Part shown: in pieces, positions 50,203 through 61,195 of the stretch
How positions within the stretch are numbered: position 1 is the first letter of the stretch
Layout: each line of letters opens with the position of its first letter
DNA from: Candidatus Helarchaeota archaeon
GTDB taxonomy: Archaea > Asgardarchaeota > Lokiarchaeia > Helarchaeales > RDOG01
DNA length: 64,000 nucleotides
Direction of reading: 5' to 3'
Assembly (NCBI GenBank): GCA_019058315.1
Contig: JAHPZH010000009.1
Span: 64,001-128,000, forward strand
Program-made: the position numbers and the translations under genes
Notes under the pieces: model-generated
Database searches by the model: none
The model's input: the letters and a program-made list of their open reading frames with translations, nothing else
What the model was told of the DNA's origin: nothing

Positions 50203-53200
50203 TTACTTAGCAAATTGCATGATATTTGTCTGATGCCCTTTATCTTTACTACTTTCAAATATTGAATTTATGTATTCTTCAGCTAATTCTAATCTTTGTT
50301 TTAAATAATTATCTAATTCATACTTTTTTGCAATATCAATCGCAATTTGTAAATATTTTATAATTCCACCTTTTGTAACAGTAAGAATTAATTTACCATT
50401 ACATGGTTTATCCCTAATTTTATTTCTACAATTACCAGAAAGCGGAATACGCCGATAAGTTTTATTACATTTTGGACAACGATAGGATTGATTGGCAAAA
50501 GCCCGTAAATTTCCAATAATATCACGTAAAAAATGTTTTTCAATTATACGTTTAGCTGCATCTTTTACGTCAACTGCTCGAATTTTTTTTGCTATATCTA
50601 ATTGAGCTTCGACTTTTTCCTTCATTGATTTTAATTTTTTATATTTAGTCTCTTTAGGCCCAAAATTGATATTTGTAGTATAATGACTGAATTTAAAACC
50701 TTCATATTGCAAAGATGAACCACGTCTCTTATCTACAATATCAATTATATTTCGAACGTCTTTAGGACTTGGAAAATTAATAGTAGAATCATAAAATAAG
50801 AGTGGTAATTTCTCTGCTACCTCCATATTATAAACTTCATCATCAATCTCATCAGGGTTAATTGTGAGGGTGAGAATTAAAGGAGCATCCATTACCCCTC
50901 CACGAGTAGCTGGTAAATAATCGATAGAGAAATTAAGAAGTGCATCAAGAGCTAAAATAATTGCATCTTCATCACTATCACAGTTTCTCCTTTTTCCAGC
51001 ATGCCAATAAGGGTGAGCAAAGAGAACATTTGATTCTGTAAATCCTATAATTCTCCCAACAACTCCTGCTGAAATATGTGGTGCTAATCCTATTACAATA
51101 TGTCCTAAAAGCCCTTTAATATTTTTTAAATTGTAAAATTTCGGTAAATTGTAGACTTTTTCAAGCAAATCGTCAATGAATTTTGAAACTTTTAAAAGAT
51201 ACTCAGCACTGTTATAGGAGATTACAATATCTTGTACTCTTAATTCAACAATTTGGTTTTCACTAGTAAGTTCAAAACCTTTATAATCTGATGTATAACC
51301 TAATCTTTTTAATTCTTTTAAGTCGATACCAATTTCGAATGGTTTAAAATGGGTCAAAGGGGCGTCAGTAGCATCATATCTACAAGTACCATCTCTAAAT
51401 ACAAAGGTATTGTTTTTAGCCCTCAATATTCCTTTTTCTAAAAGTTCAGGTGTTTTATCTTTACTTATTAAACCTATAACACATTTTACTTTTTCAGGTG
51501 CTAATTCTTTTAATGATTTAAGTTTTTTACTTAGCAGTTTATTTAAATTTATATGTTTTTTGGTAGAGAATTTAGCTTGTGCTCCGCAACACTTACATAT
51601 ACCATCATCAATTTCAATATTACATTTCGAACATATCATAACCTTTGAAGTTCGAACTTTACAACGAGGACATAGATTTTCATAAGTGATTTCATTACAT
51701 TTAGTGCATTTTTTCGTAACTATATCAACAAACGGCTCTTTTCTATTGAAAGCAGCTTTAATCAGGTCTCTTTGAGTTCCGCCTGTTCTTCCTATAGGAA
51801 AAAGACTATGAACTGGAGGATTCATTTTTCTTTCTTTGGATTTTTCAGGACGTCCCATACGTGCTCCAATATAATATGGAGCTTTAATTTTAACTTTAAT
51901 ATTAGAAATTGATTCTATAATCTTCAAACAATTGTCTTCTATAAGATCGGGTTGAATATCAATACTTTTATTATCTAATTGTAAGAGTTCTTTTAAAATT
52001 AATGAATTTTCAGTAAAAATAATTTTATTTTCTTTTACTTCATGTGGTATTTCAATTTTCTCGAGAATATTTTTAGCATTTTCATCATATTCATGAATTA
52101 TATAATTGGATGCAGGTCTATTTTGAGAGTTTGATTCTATTAACCAATTACGTAAAAACACGAATTCATCCTTTGATATATCATTCCAGCAATAATTATA
52201 TGTCGGATGTAAAGAAATATCCAGATTTTTAGAGATTTTGATAGCTTCTTTTTGTGTAGGTTTAAAATTTAAAGGTTTTTGGATGAATTTTTCCAATTTT
52301 TCATTATTAATATTCAACATTTTGCTTACTGAATTCAAACTAGGGAATTTTTTAGTTACAGATTTTAATTCTTCAGCCCACCATTCCTCACAATCCGCAG
52401 AAGGTAAAATAACATGATCATTTTCTAAAAATTCTCCAAAAGCAATTAGACAATCCCCTTGAGAAATAATTTCTTTAATTGATGATTTTAATTTTTTTGC
52501 TTCTTCTATTGAATTTATTCTTTTAACACTTCCATTTTTTAATTTAACAAGAGGTCCCTCTATAGAGTCTACAGGCATAACAATAGAGCCTTTTCCAGGT
52601 CTTTCAGTTATAAACTGTGTACCATTCGCAATAAAACTATCTGTCCCAATAATCATTGTAGCAGGATTTAATCCAACAGCAGCTAAACCAGTATTTCTTG
52701 ATCTTCCATATCGTAATCTAAATCCTCCTTTACGAGAAGGATATGCAAGAATTGGTCGTCCTGCAATAACATCCGCTAAAAATTTTGTTTTTGGTTTTAT
52801 ATCCATTTCTTTTTCTTTGACTTTTTGTTTCTGAGTAACCAATTTATCAATCCATTCCCAGCCTTCAATCTTCGACTTCGAAATTATTCGTTTTAATTTA
52901 TGAGCTTTTCCTAATAATCCGTCATTAAAAACTAATACAGCACCACCTCTTACTCTATTGGTCTCTATTCGAGGAAGGTCTCTATGGCCTGTAACTTCTT
53001 CCTTTTGTGTTGGTTCTCCTGTAATTTCAATTGGAATATGTGTAGCAGCATATTTAATATCATCCGGTTTGGAAGGAAATTGAAGGCTCATAATATCCTT
53101 ATATAAATTAATTTCCTCTAAATAACGCTCGACTTCCCTTTCTGTGGTTTTATATCTGCTTAAATGTAAGATTTTACGAACAATATCACCAATTAAAATG

Positions 53201-53724
53201 GTAAGTGCTGTTTCAGTACCTCCAGCAGAACGAATTGGACCCGAGAAATAAATAGCTAAATATTCAGTTTTATCAAGATTTTGCTTAATCTTCACACTTG
53301 CAATACCATCGATAGGAGCTGCTGTTATTCCTTCAGTTAAGATTCCAAGTGCTGTTCTAACCGCTTGATCAGCCCTTCTTTGCTTAGTCTCTAATCCAAA
53401 TTCACCCGAAGCAATTTCTTCGGCAATTTTAAAAGCAATTTTTTCATGGTCTAATTTATTATTAATTAATTCACGAATTCTAGTTGCCACATTTTGAGGA
53501 CCTATCAATTTTTCAACTCGAGATGCCACATCAGTCGCCCAAGGGATTTCTACTGCATTTGAAGGGTCATATCCTTTACCCCTTGCCCGATTTGCGACAT
53601 TATATAATTTTTCAATTTCTGAAATTAAATTGATAAAATAATCTTTGATATTATTACTCATATTATTTTGGTTTAAATCATGCGAATTCTTGCTTTCTAG
53701 AGAACCTTCTTCAGAAATTATCAT
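50203..53724 (-). CDS. polC: DNA polymerase D large subunit DP2
   Basis: GPIRSAGGT, GGFRLRYGRSRNTG, RMGRPEK, FRDGTCRYD, KRRNCDSDED, C-terminal zinc finger. Confidence 0.98.
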   Translation of the reverse strand: MIISEEGSLESKNSHDLNQNNMSNNIKDYFINLISEIEKLYNVANRARGKGYDPSNAVEIPWATDVASRVEKLIGPQNVATRIRELINNKLDHEKIAFKIAEEIASGEFGLETKQRRADQAVRTALGILTEGITAAPIDGIASVKIKQNLDKTEYLAIYFSGPIRSAGGTETALTILIGDIVRKILHLSRYKTTEREVERYLEEINLYKDIMSLQFPSKPDDIKYAATHIPIEITGEPTQKEEVTGHRDLPRIETNRVRGGAVLVFNDGLLGKAHKLKRIISKSKIEGWEWIDKLVTQKQKVKEKEMDIKPKTKFLADVIAGRPILAYPSRKGGFRLRYGRSRNTGLAAVGLNPATMIIGTDSFIANGTQFITERPGKGSIVMPVDSIEGPLVKLKNGSVKRINSIEEAKKLKSSIKEIISQGDCLIAFGEFLENDHVILPSADCEEWWAEELKSVTKKFPSLNSVSKMLNINNEKLEKFIQKPLNFKPTQKEAIKISKNLDISLHPTYNYCWNDISKDEFVFLRNWLIESNSQNRPASNYIIHEYDENAKNILEKIEIPHEVKENKIIFTENSLILKELLQLDNKSIDIQPDLIEDNCLKIIESISNIKVKIKAPYYIGARMGRPEKSKERKMNPPVHSLFPIGRTGGTQRDLIKAAFNRKEPFVDIVTKKCTKCNEITYENLCPRCKVRTSKVMICSKCNIEIDDGICKCCGAQAKFSTKKHINLNKLLSKKLKSLKELAPEKVKCVIGLISKDKTPELLEKGILRAKNNTFVFRDGTCRYDATDAPLTHFKPFEIGIDLKELKRLGYTSDYKGFELTSENQIVELRVQDIVISYNSAEYLLKVSKFIDDLLEKVYNLPKFYNLKNIKGLLGHIVIGLAPHISAGVVGRIIGFTESNVLFAHPYWHAGKRRNCDSDEDAIILALDALLNFSIDYLPATRGGVMDAPLILTLTINPDEIDDEVYNMEVAEKLPLLFYDSTINFPSPKDVRNIIDIVDKRRGSSLQYEGFKFSHYTTNINFGPKETKYKKLKSMKEKVEAQLDIAKKIRAVDVKDAAKRIIEKHFLRDIIGNLRAFANQSYRCPKCNKTYRRIPLSGNCRNKIRDKPCNGKLILTVTKGGIIKYLQIAIDIAKKYELDNYLKQRLELAEEYINSIFESSKDKGHQTNIMQFAK

Positions 53725-53943
53725 ACAAATACTTTATATTTTCTTAGAAATATAAAATAATTTTTAAAAAATAACACTATATTCAAATAAATAAATTATT
53801 AAATTATTATCTTTTCGAAAATTGATTGAATTTCAATTTTTAACTTATTTTATATCCGACAAAAATAATCATCTTTAATAATATTCTATAATTCTTATTT
53901 TTTAACTCGAACCAGAAAAGTAAAATTAATTATTATTAAAATA

Positions 53944-55320
53944 TTGATATTAAAAAAATTAATACATTCCAAAATTAGTATTGAGGAAATCTTTGTGAAA
54001 GCTAAAAGAAAAGGAATAATACGAATTTTTTTAATCGTAGCTATTGTGCTCTTCACTATTCCTTTAATATCCTCAACTTCATTGGAATATACAAGCTCTT
54101 CAGAAGTAAGGATATTATTTGATGAAGCTCATGGGCAATTCTGCCAATTGGATGATTATAAAGGGAATTATATCCTAGCTCTTACCTTGTTGAACATGTC
54201 TGCTCGATATGAAGTAAGAGTCCTTAAAGATAATTCTTCGATTACACCTTTGAGACTACTTGGAGTTGATATTTTAGTTATAGGAAATCCTGGAATTAAT
54301 AATACATATGATGAAAAAGAATTAAATACAATTTCTGCTTTTGCTTTAAAGGGTGGCTCAATTTTACTAATGAGTGAAGGATATGTGGAAGATCGCTATC
54401 CATTAAATCAAAGTATTCCAAATACTACTGAATTAAATAAAATTTTAAAAGCTGTAGGTCTTGTCCAAGCCAAATTTACTAATGAAACTATTAGAGATGT
54501 CAGTCAATGGTTATATTATTATGCAGGTGATACTCATCAAATTCCAATCACTAGTGCTAGTTTCTCGCCTCAATATACAGTAGGTATGGGGATTGATATG
54601 GTATTAATGTTTGGCTCACATATAGATATAAATCCATTTATATTTTCAAATAATATTATGGCAACTGGACGTACATTGGATCTGGGAACTTTTATTTACC
54701 CCCTTTCTACAACTACTTCGGGAACAACTCTACCTATATGGCTCGCAGGATTTCAGCTATTTACAGGATCACGAGTATTACTTTGCGGTTCAACTATGAT
54801 GTTTAGTGACTTAATTCCTAGAGGTTTGGAAAGAAGAATGAAATTTGGGGAAGATAATCTTACTATTGCATCACCATGGTATTTTTCATATGATACTTCT
54901 GATTTTGGGCTTTTATTTGGTCTTCCATCATTTGATAATGCTCAATTATGGATGAATATGTTTGATTGGCTGAGTATTTCAGAAAATCAAAACTTTCTCC
55001 CTTTAATAATAGCTTTTTTAGCTGGTATAATCGGAATATTAGGAATAGGTTTTTCATTATTTATTTATGCAAAAAGGACTAAAATCAAAGAAATAAAAAT
55101 AGAAATCTCGGAACAAGAAATAGAAGAGTTGCCAACTGTATTAGAAAGAGCTGAAACTTTAAAATCTGCAAGAAAAAGTCTAAAAACTGGAGAATACTCA
55201 AAAGCAGCTGAATTATATATCAAAGCTTCAAAATTATCCTCTAAAATTAAAGATGATATTAATCGTAAAAAATTCAATAAAAAAGCAAGAGATATACGTT
55301 CTTCTAGAAAATTAAAATAA
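53944..55320 (+). CDS. Membrane-anchored GIFT/DUF4350-like protein with C-terminal MIT/TPR-like helical domain
   Basis: N-terminal hydrophobic segment, ILFDEAHGQ, DILVIGNP, KGGSILL, DNAQLWMNMFDWL, second TM, three-helix tail. Confidence 0.7.
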   Translation: MILKKLIHSKISIEEIFVKAKRKGIIRIFLIVAIVLFTIPLISSTSLEYTSSSEVRILFDEAHGQFCQLDDYKGNYILALTLLNMSARYEVRVLKDNSSITPLRLLGVDILVIGNPGINNTYDEKELNTISAFALKGGSILLMSEGYVEDRYPLNQSIPNTTELNKILKAVGLVQAKFTNETIRDVSQWLYYYAGDTHQIPITSASFSPQYTVGMGIDMVLMFGSHIDINPFIFSNNIMATGRTLDLGTFIYPLSTTTSGTTLPIWLAGFQLFTGSRVLLCGSTMMFSDLIPRGLERRMKFGEDNLTIASPWYFSYDTSDFGLLFGLPSFDNAQLWMNMFDWLSISENQNFLPLIIAFLAGIIGILGIGFSLFIYAKRTKIKEIKIEISEQEIEELPTVLERAETLKSARKSLKTGEYSKAAELYIKASKLSSKIKDDINRKKFNKKARDIRSSRKLK

Positions 55321-55374
55321 ATTTAAATTAGAAAGTCTTAACTTTACTAGAATCATTAAATAAAGGTTTGCTGC

Positions 55375-55638
55375 TTATGCTTCTTGTTCTTCGTAAATTT
55401 TATCAATAAAATGACCATATACATCAACAGGCTCGTCCAAGAATGTAATATTATCTAACTCTACTTTTAATTGGCAATTTCCACAAGTTACGATTGCTCT
55501 GCCTATTCCATCTAAACTCGCTGGTTTAAAAATCTCAATTACAACGCTAGATTTGGTCCCACACATTGGGCAGTCAAAAACTTTTGGAATTCTTTTCCTA
55601 GGTCGACGAGCAACTTTTTGTCTCTTTCTTCTGCCCAT
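55375..55638 (-). CDS. elf1: Transcription elongation factor Elf1
   Basis: MGRRKR, FDCPMCG, CGNC, EPVDVY..FID. Confidence 0.92.
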   Translation of the reverse strand: MGRRKRQKVARRPRKRIPKVFDCPMCGTKSSVVIEIFKPASLDGIGRAIVTCGNCQLKVELDNITFLDEPVDVYGHFIDKIYEEQEA

Positions 55639-55726
55639 ATTTTCAAATCCTTTAATATTTATTAATCAAAATAAGTAAATTCAATTTATTTAATTTTTTG
55701 ATTTATATACTTCCTAAATAGTATAT

Positions 55727-56308
55727 TTAGATTTTTTTTCTTATTGTTGCAAAATCTTCAGTTTCTTGCATATTCCAAGTACAAATTTCTTTCAAATTAG
55801 ACTTATTGAACATATTTTCAAATTCTTTTAATTCTAACTCCTTTTTTAAAATAGTAAAAATTGTAAAACCTCCTCTTTTACATATTCTTTTAACTTCATT
55901 TATTGACATAACGGGATCAGGAAGGTTTTGTAATAGTGTGATTGAAAAAACAGTAGAAAATATGTTTTCCCTGAAAGGTAAAAAATCCGTATCTGCACAA
56001 ATTAAATGTAAGATATTATTTTCGTTCTTTTTTAAGGCAATTTTTAACATTTCTTTGGATATATCAATACCAACTAAAAAATTGGTGTGATTTTTTAATA
56101 GATTAAAAATAAGACATGTTCCACATCCTAAATCTAAAATAGCTTCTTTTTTGAATTTTTTTAACTTATTAAAAATCATTTTATATTTTAGATTTTGGAT
56201 TGATTTATATCGTTTATCATAATTTTTAGCAGTCTGATTATATTTAGAAATCATGTCTAATTTCTTTTTAATTGAATTTATTTTCCCGAAATTTAATTTA
56301 TTAGTCAT
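55727..56308 (-). CDS. Class I SAM-dependent methyltransferase
   Basis: ILDLGCGT, GIDISKEML, ADTDFLPF. Confidence 0.9.
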   Translation of the reverse strand: MTNKLNFGKINSIKKKLDMISKYNQTAKNYDKRYKSIQNLKYKMIFNKLKKFKKEAILDLGCGTCLIFNLLKNHTNFLVGIDISKEMLKIALKKNENNILHLICADTDFLPFRENIFSTVFSITLLQNLPDPVMSINEVKRICKRGGFTIFTILKKELELKEFENMFNKSNLKEICTWNMQETEDFATIRKKI

Positions 56309-56828
56309 TATCGTCTATTTCGCTCTTTGATACTAAAGATTCAATCATTTCATGAAAGTCAAATAAAAAATCATCTAATATTTTTTCACGCGTCTTCATA
56401 GTTTCCTTTTCAGATAATCTTAACAATAACGAATCATCTTTTCTTATGGAATTAATAATCATCTCAATTATCAATTCTTTAATCTTTTTAAGCCCTTCAT
56501 CAGTAAATCTGTAGATTTTTTTGGTCTTCCCTCTACAATGAGCGTATTTCGTCGCTATAATGAATTTACAAATCCCATTTTTTTCCCATTTTTTCAAAAT
56601 GTCCTTTACTAATCTATGAGTTATAGAAAATTTCGTATTTGGTTTATTTAATATCTTTAATACTAATTTTGCTAATTGTGAACTCGGAAAATCGTAACTA
56701 TGCCATTTAGAATTTACACCAACAACATATTCAGCGATAATCCATTCAATAATTTTTTCTTCTTCCTTTAATTTTTTAATTATCCCCAATTCTAAAGATG
56801 ATTTCCTTTTCTTTATTGCTTTGACCAT
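56301..56828 (-). CDS. Hypothetical protein, possible winged-helix DNA-binding domain
   Basis: VKDILKKWEKNGIC...KKIYRFTDEG resembles a PadR/MarR-type wing. Confidence 0.55.
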   Translation of the reverse strand: MVKAIKKRKSSLELGIIKKLKEEEKIIEWIIAEYVVGVNSKWHSYDFPSSQLAKLVLKILNKPNTKFSITHRLVKDILKKWEKNGICKFIIATKYAHCRGKTKKIYRFTDEGLKKIKELIIEMIINSIRKDDSLLLRLSEKETMKTREKILDDFLFDFHEMIESLVSKSEIDDND

Positions 56829-56945
56829 ATAGATATTAATAATGATTTTATAATATAAGGATTTCAATCCTAAATGAATTTAGAATAAAAAGAAGAAAAA
56901 TAATTAATTTAACTAATTTGATAAAAATAGATAAATAATTTATAA

Positions 56946-58757
56946 TTATTTAGAAAGACTTTCTAAACTACGTTTAATAGTTTTAACCTTTGTCCATATT
57001 TCGTCCGCTAGCTTTATTTCTTCTAATTGCTCCGAAATTATTGCGGCTCTTTCTAAAAATCTCACTGCATCATTGAAATTTTCTTTATCAATAGCACCGT
57101 CAGCTTCCTCCATTACTTTTTTCCTTTCTTCTCTAAGAGTTGTTTTTTCTTCATCTGAGAGCTCTATTTTCTCTATTTTTTCTGGAGCTTCTTTGATTTC
57201 CTCTTTTTTTTCTATTTTTAATTTTTTATGAATTTCCTTTTCTAATATTAAGATTTTTTGTAATTCTTCTTCTGCCCCTTCTTCTTTAATTTCAACGAGC
57301 TGCATTCCAATTTTTTTAGCTCTTTCGAGAGGTGCAAGAGCAACATCATACAATTTGTTTTTAATTGCTCTCTTAACTTTAATTAATTCTTCTTTTTGAT
57401 CATTCTTAAGTTGGTCAATTTGTTTTTTATCAAGAATTGGCTTAACTCTGGGTAATTTTGGTTTAGCTATTGGTTTTACTTTTATAACCGGTTTGGGTTT
57501 AGGTACTTCTTTCATTTTAATTTTAGGTTTTGCAGGTAGTTTAACTTTAGGTTTTGCTTCTTCTTTAGCAATTCGTTCGTCTTCTTCTTTTTTCATCAAC
57601 ATTGCAGCTCTTGTACCAAACATTGCTACTTCGGGCGATAATCCTTGAAATATACCTTTTAAAAGATTTAAATGTTGCAATGCAAGACTCTGGGAAATAT
57701 TTCGTTCACCCCACCTTCTACGAATTGCATCCACCATGTATTCGGGAAAAAATGTTGGATAAGCTATATCATTTAATAAATAAATAAGATCGTTTCCATC
57801 CTTTTGTTTTATTTCTTTTATTAATTCTATTTTATTAAGCGCACTTAATTTTGCATCCAAGCTTGTTGGATTAAGGTTAAGAGTTTTAATAAGTGCTTCT
57901 TTCTCCTGATAATTCTGCCTTAAAACTGAAATTACAGAATATAAATCTGGATCTGAAAATATTATTGAACATTCTTTACTATCTTTTTCCTCTAATTTAT
58001 ATTTTTTAAAAAATCTTTGAACATCATTCCTATAACCACTAAATATTGCCTTTTTAACTTTCCCTTTCTTTCCAAATTGTTTAATCATATTTTTGGCAGG
58101 AACTCTCATGAAGAATACATCTTTTATTAAAAATAAGCATTCAGTCTCCGCGCTTATTTCAGTTGGGATTTTAAATTCTTTTAAGATATTAGTTTTGAAA
58201 AATGGCATTAATAATCCATCTAAATCTAATACATCTTCACCCATTCTATCACTAAGCCATTTACGTAAAACTTCTTTAATTACTGCTCCTTCAGTTAATT
58301 TTCTTAAAATTAGTACTCGAGTTGGGTTCTTGAAGATGAAAGAAAACCTTTGTTCATCAGTTAAAGATAAGAATTTTGGAATTTTTTCAAAATAACTCCT
58401 TAAAATATCAGTAAAATTTGGCTTTTTTCGTTGTTCAACTATTTCATAAATAGTTTCAACCAGTGATTCTTCATATATACTAGGATCTTCAGTATCTTCT
58501 AATATTAAAGCAACATAGAATTGATCTCTTCCTTCTTCTGGAAGACCTGTATAATAAGAACAAATATTTAAGCCTTCAATCATCATAGAAAGAAAACCCG
58601 CCTCGCCACCACCCATTGCATGTGTTGTAAATATTCGCAATAATTGATCTTCAGAAATTGAAATGTTGGGATATTTTCCTTCAAGAACAATTCCTATTTT
58701 GTCATCCCATCTGACAAGGACAATTCCTCTTGGAATTTTAAAAACCTCTTTTATCAA
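56946..58757 (-). CDS. Multidomain protein: longin/uDENN-like N-terminus, winged-helix-like middle, Pro/Lys linker, two MIT/TPR-like repeats
   Basis: GIVLVRWDDKIGIVLEGKYP start; HTH-like LNLNPTSLDAKLSALNKIELI; two A(x3)I/D(x5)A(x3)LERA helical repeats. Confidence 0.6.
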   Translation of the reverse strand: MIKEVFKIPRGIVLVRWDDKIGIVLEGKYPNISISEDQLLRIFTTHAMGGGEAGFLSMMIEGLNICSYYTGLPEEGRDQFYVALILEDTEDPSIYEESLVETIYEIVEQRKKPNFTDILRSYFEKIPKFLSLTDEQRFSFIFKNPTRVLILRKLTEGAVIKEVLRKWLSDRMGEDVLDLDGLLMPFFKTNILKEFKIPTEISAETECLFLIKDVFFMRVPAKNMIKQFGKKGKVKKAIFSGYRNDVQRFFKKYKLEEKDSKECSIIFSDPDLYSVISVLRQNYQEKEALIKTLNLNPTSLDAKLSALNKIELIKEIKQKDGNDLIYLLNDIAYPTFFPEYMVDAIRRRWGERNISQSLALQHLNLLKGIFQGLSPEVAMFGTRAAMLMKKEEDERIAKEEAKPKVKLPAKPKIKMKEVPKPKPVIKVKPIAKPKLPRVKPILDKKQIDQLKNDQKEELIKVKRAIKNKLYDVALAPLERAKKIGMQLVEIKEEGAEEELQKILILEKEIHKKLKIEKKEEIKEAPEKIEKIELSDEEKTTLREERKKVMEEADGAIDKENFNDAVRFLERAAIISEQLEEIKLADEIWTKVKTIKRSLESLSK

Positions 58758-59136
58758 TTCTCAAATATAATTCTGAATAGTTATCATAATAAATGAAGGT
58801 TATTAAATGAATAGACTAATTTTCTAATAAGTCATTTATATCTGTATTCTTTTTTTTATATTTTGTTGAGTATTTTTAAATTCAATAATTATACAAACTT
58901 TCACGTTAAATAATAATTTTAGATAAAATTACCAATTTAAAAAACAAGTTTATTCTTTAATTAATAAAAAAGTTTAGGTATTAAATAATTAATAACTAGG
59001 TATATACAGAAACCGTTTGAAACAGTTATAAATTAAGATATAGCCATTTGAATTTTAAAGTTTTTAGAGAAAAAGGAAAGAAGGGTCAGAAAATAAGAAA
59101 TTTTTTAAAAAATATTATTCTCATGTGAAAACTGAA

Positions 59137-59424
59137 TTAACCGAACAATGCTCCTAATCCAGTCGCTTCCTCTTTCTTTTCTTCTTTCTTTTCCTCTTTC
59201 TTTTCCTTTTTTGGTGCTTCAGGAGCTGTAGATTGAATTATAGGCATAGCTTGTGAACTACTTAAGGCTTCTTCTATATTCACGCCTTCTAAAGCTGCAA
59301 TAACAGCTTTAATCCTTCCAGTGTCGAGAGTTATTCCAGCGGCGGTCATGACTTTTTTTAGATTTTCTTCATTAATATCTTTTCCAGCTTTATGAAGCAA
59401 TAAAGAGCCATATATATATTCCAT
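59137..59424 (-). CDS. rpl12: Ribosomal stalk protein P1 (L12)
   Basis: [18 protein letters not shown]. Confidence 0.97.
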   Translation of the reverse strand: MEYIYGSLLLHKAGKDINEENLKKVMTAAGITLDTGRIKAVIAALEGVNIEEALSSSQAMPIIQSTAPEAPKKEKKEEKKEEKKEEATGLGALFG

Positions 59425-59436
59425 TTTTATACCTCC

Positions 59437-60423
59437 TTAACCAAATAAACTACCTAATCCACCTGAACTCGTTTCTTCGGGGGGTTTTTCCTTTTCTTTT
59501 TCTTCTACCTTTTCTTTTTCTTGAGTTTGTGTCGGGACTTCTATTGGTAGCGCGTTTGGATCAATTTCTAAAATTTTTGATAATATTATGTTTGAATTAT
59601 TATAAGCCTTAAATAAAATATCATTTATAAATTCTTTTTCAATAACAGGTGCACTTATTATTACAGACTTCGCTTGTTGATTAGCTTTCTGTAAAAGATG
59701 TGTGATATTTTCTTTATTTGGGAATGTAATTTCGATTGATAAATTCAAAGCAGAAGTATGAGCTGAAGTCAATTGTCCAAATATTTCGCTAAAATCTACT
59801 TCGAGATCTTCTCCTTTAAGTATCACGCCACTATCTAGGGCTGTATATAAGGATAAACCTACTTTCATTGGAAAAATATTAAGTTTAGTTAATACAATAG
59901 CCAGTTGTAATGAGATCTCGTCCCCTTGTTTAGCAATTACTTTTTCTTCTTTTATATGAATAGTACCTGATTGTACTTTTGTTTGTAATCCGACTGAATT
60001 CAATTCACTTATAACTGGTCCTGGTGGAAAACCTGTATCTTTTTCAGGAATAATGATATCAATTGGTGTGATATCGCCAGATTTTGCGGGAGCTTGAGCC
60101 TTATTTTCATTTAATATTTTTACTAATTTAAAAATGTTCAAATCTGTAAAAATGAGAGCTGTGGACCCTTTCATTTCGTCCATTAATTTTTTATATCCTG
60201 GTTTATCTCCAAATTTTTCAAATGCGAATTTGATTAACCGACTTTTAGCCATACGTATTACAGCAGTATCTCGAAGTTTTTTTCTAATAATCTGTAGCTG
60301 TTTTGAAGGAATTTTTTCCATTTTACATAGACCAATGATTGGATAACTTTCTATCAGTTTAGTTAACTCTTTAATTGTCTCTATCTTATGCTGAGGTATT
60401 TTTTTCTTGGCTGTTGTAGACAT
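59437..60423 (-). CDS. rpl10: 50S ribosomal protein uL10 (P0)
   Basis: QLQIIRKKLR, TGFPPGP, GLGSLFG. Confidence 0.97.
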   Translation of the reverse strand: MSTTAKKKIPQHKIETIKELTKLIESYPIIGLCKMEKIPSKQLQIIRKKLRDTAVIRMAKSRLIKFAFEKFGDKPGYKKLMDEMKGSTALIFTDLNIFKLVKILNENKAQAPAKSGDITPIDIIIPEKDTGFPPGPVISELNSVGLQTKVQSGTIHIKEEKVIAKQGDEISLQLAIVLTKLNIFPMKVGLSLYTALDSGVILKGEDLEVDFSEIFGQLTSAHTSALNLSIEITFPNKENITHLLQKANQQAKSVIISAPVIEKEFINDILFKAYNNSNIILSKILEIDPNALPIEVPTQTQEKEKVEEKEKEKPPEETSSGGLGSLFG

Positions 60424-60425
60424 TT

Positions 60426-61103
60426 TTATTTCCTCAAGGGTATTTTAACAGGGGGACTCATTGTTGCTTTAATAAATATTGATTTTACATTTCGTAAACC
60501 TTTCTCTAAATTATGTTCTAAATAATTCATTAAAACTTGAAGATTTTCAAATATTTCTTTAGATTCCATTTTTTCGTTCCCAATTGCAGTTTGAATAATG
60601 GGGTTCTTTTTTATTCGAAATCTGGCGGTTTTTTTGTATTTGTCTAAAATTTCCTCTAAATCCGATTTTGGATTTACAATGGCAGCACCTTTTGGGGGGG
60701 CAAGTGGCATTTTTCCAAGTGGTCCTAAAACAGGCCCTAAAAAACGTCCAACATTTGGCATTAAGTCGATTCCTACTATAAAAAAGTCGAAATCCTTAGC
60801 AATCTTTTTGGCAGATTTTCTGTCACTACCTAGACGCCCTAATTCTTCTTTATCAATTATCTTATCCGCTCCAGCTTTTTCAGCTCTTAGAGCAATATCG
60901 CCCTGTGCAATTACACAGATTTTTACATCCTTAATTGGATATTTAAGAGTTATTTCAGCATTTATTCTATTTTGTGGTTGATTCAAATCCAAATCTTTTA
61001 AATTAATAACAATATCAATTGTTTGAGTGAATTTTCTCGGCTTGGATTTTTTCTTTATCTCTTCAAGGGCAATATTAACATTTTCGGTAGTTACAGACAT
61101 CAA
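60426..61103 (-). CDS. rpl1: 50S ribosomal protein uL1
   Basis: RKFTQT, LGPVLGPLGKMP, KATMSP. Confidence 0.97.
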   Translation of the reverse strand: MMSVTTENVNIALEEIKKKSKPRKFTQTIDIVINLKDLDLNQPQNRINAEITLKYPIKDVKICVIAQGDIALRAEKAGADKIIDKEELGRLGSDRKSAKKIAKDFDFFIVGIDLMPNVGRFLGPVLGPLGKMPLAPPKGAAIVNPKSDLEEILDKYKKTARFRIKKNPIIQTAIGNEKMESKEIFENLQVLMNYLEHNLEKGLRNVKSIFIKATMSPPVKIPLRK

Positions 61104-61195
61104 TCACACCAGTCTGTTTTATTATTAGTTTATTTAGTAAAAAAAATTAATCTTATTAAATATTATCAAAAAATTAAATTTAGAAAAAATTTAAT

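Noticed and set aside
50203-53724. Possible intein in DP2
   Set aside because: The RRNCDSDED region is uninterrupted and the length is normal.
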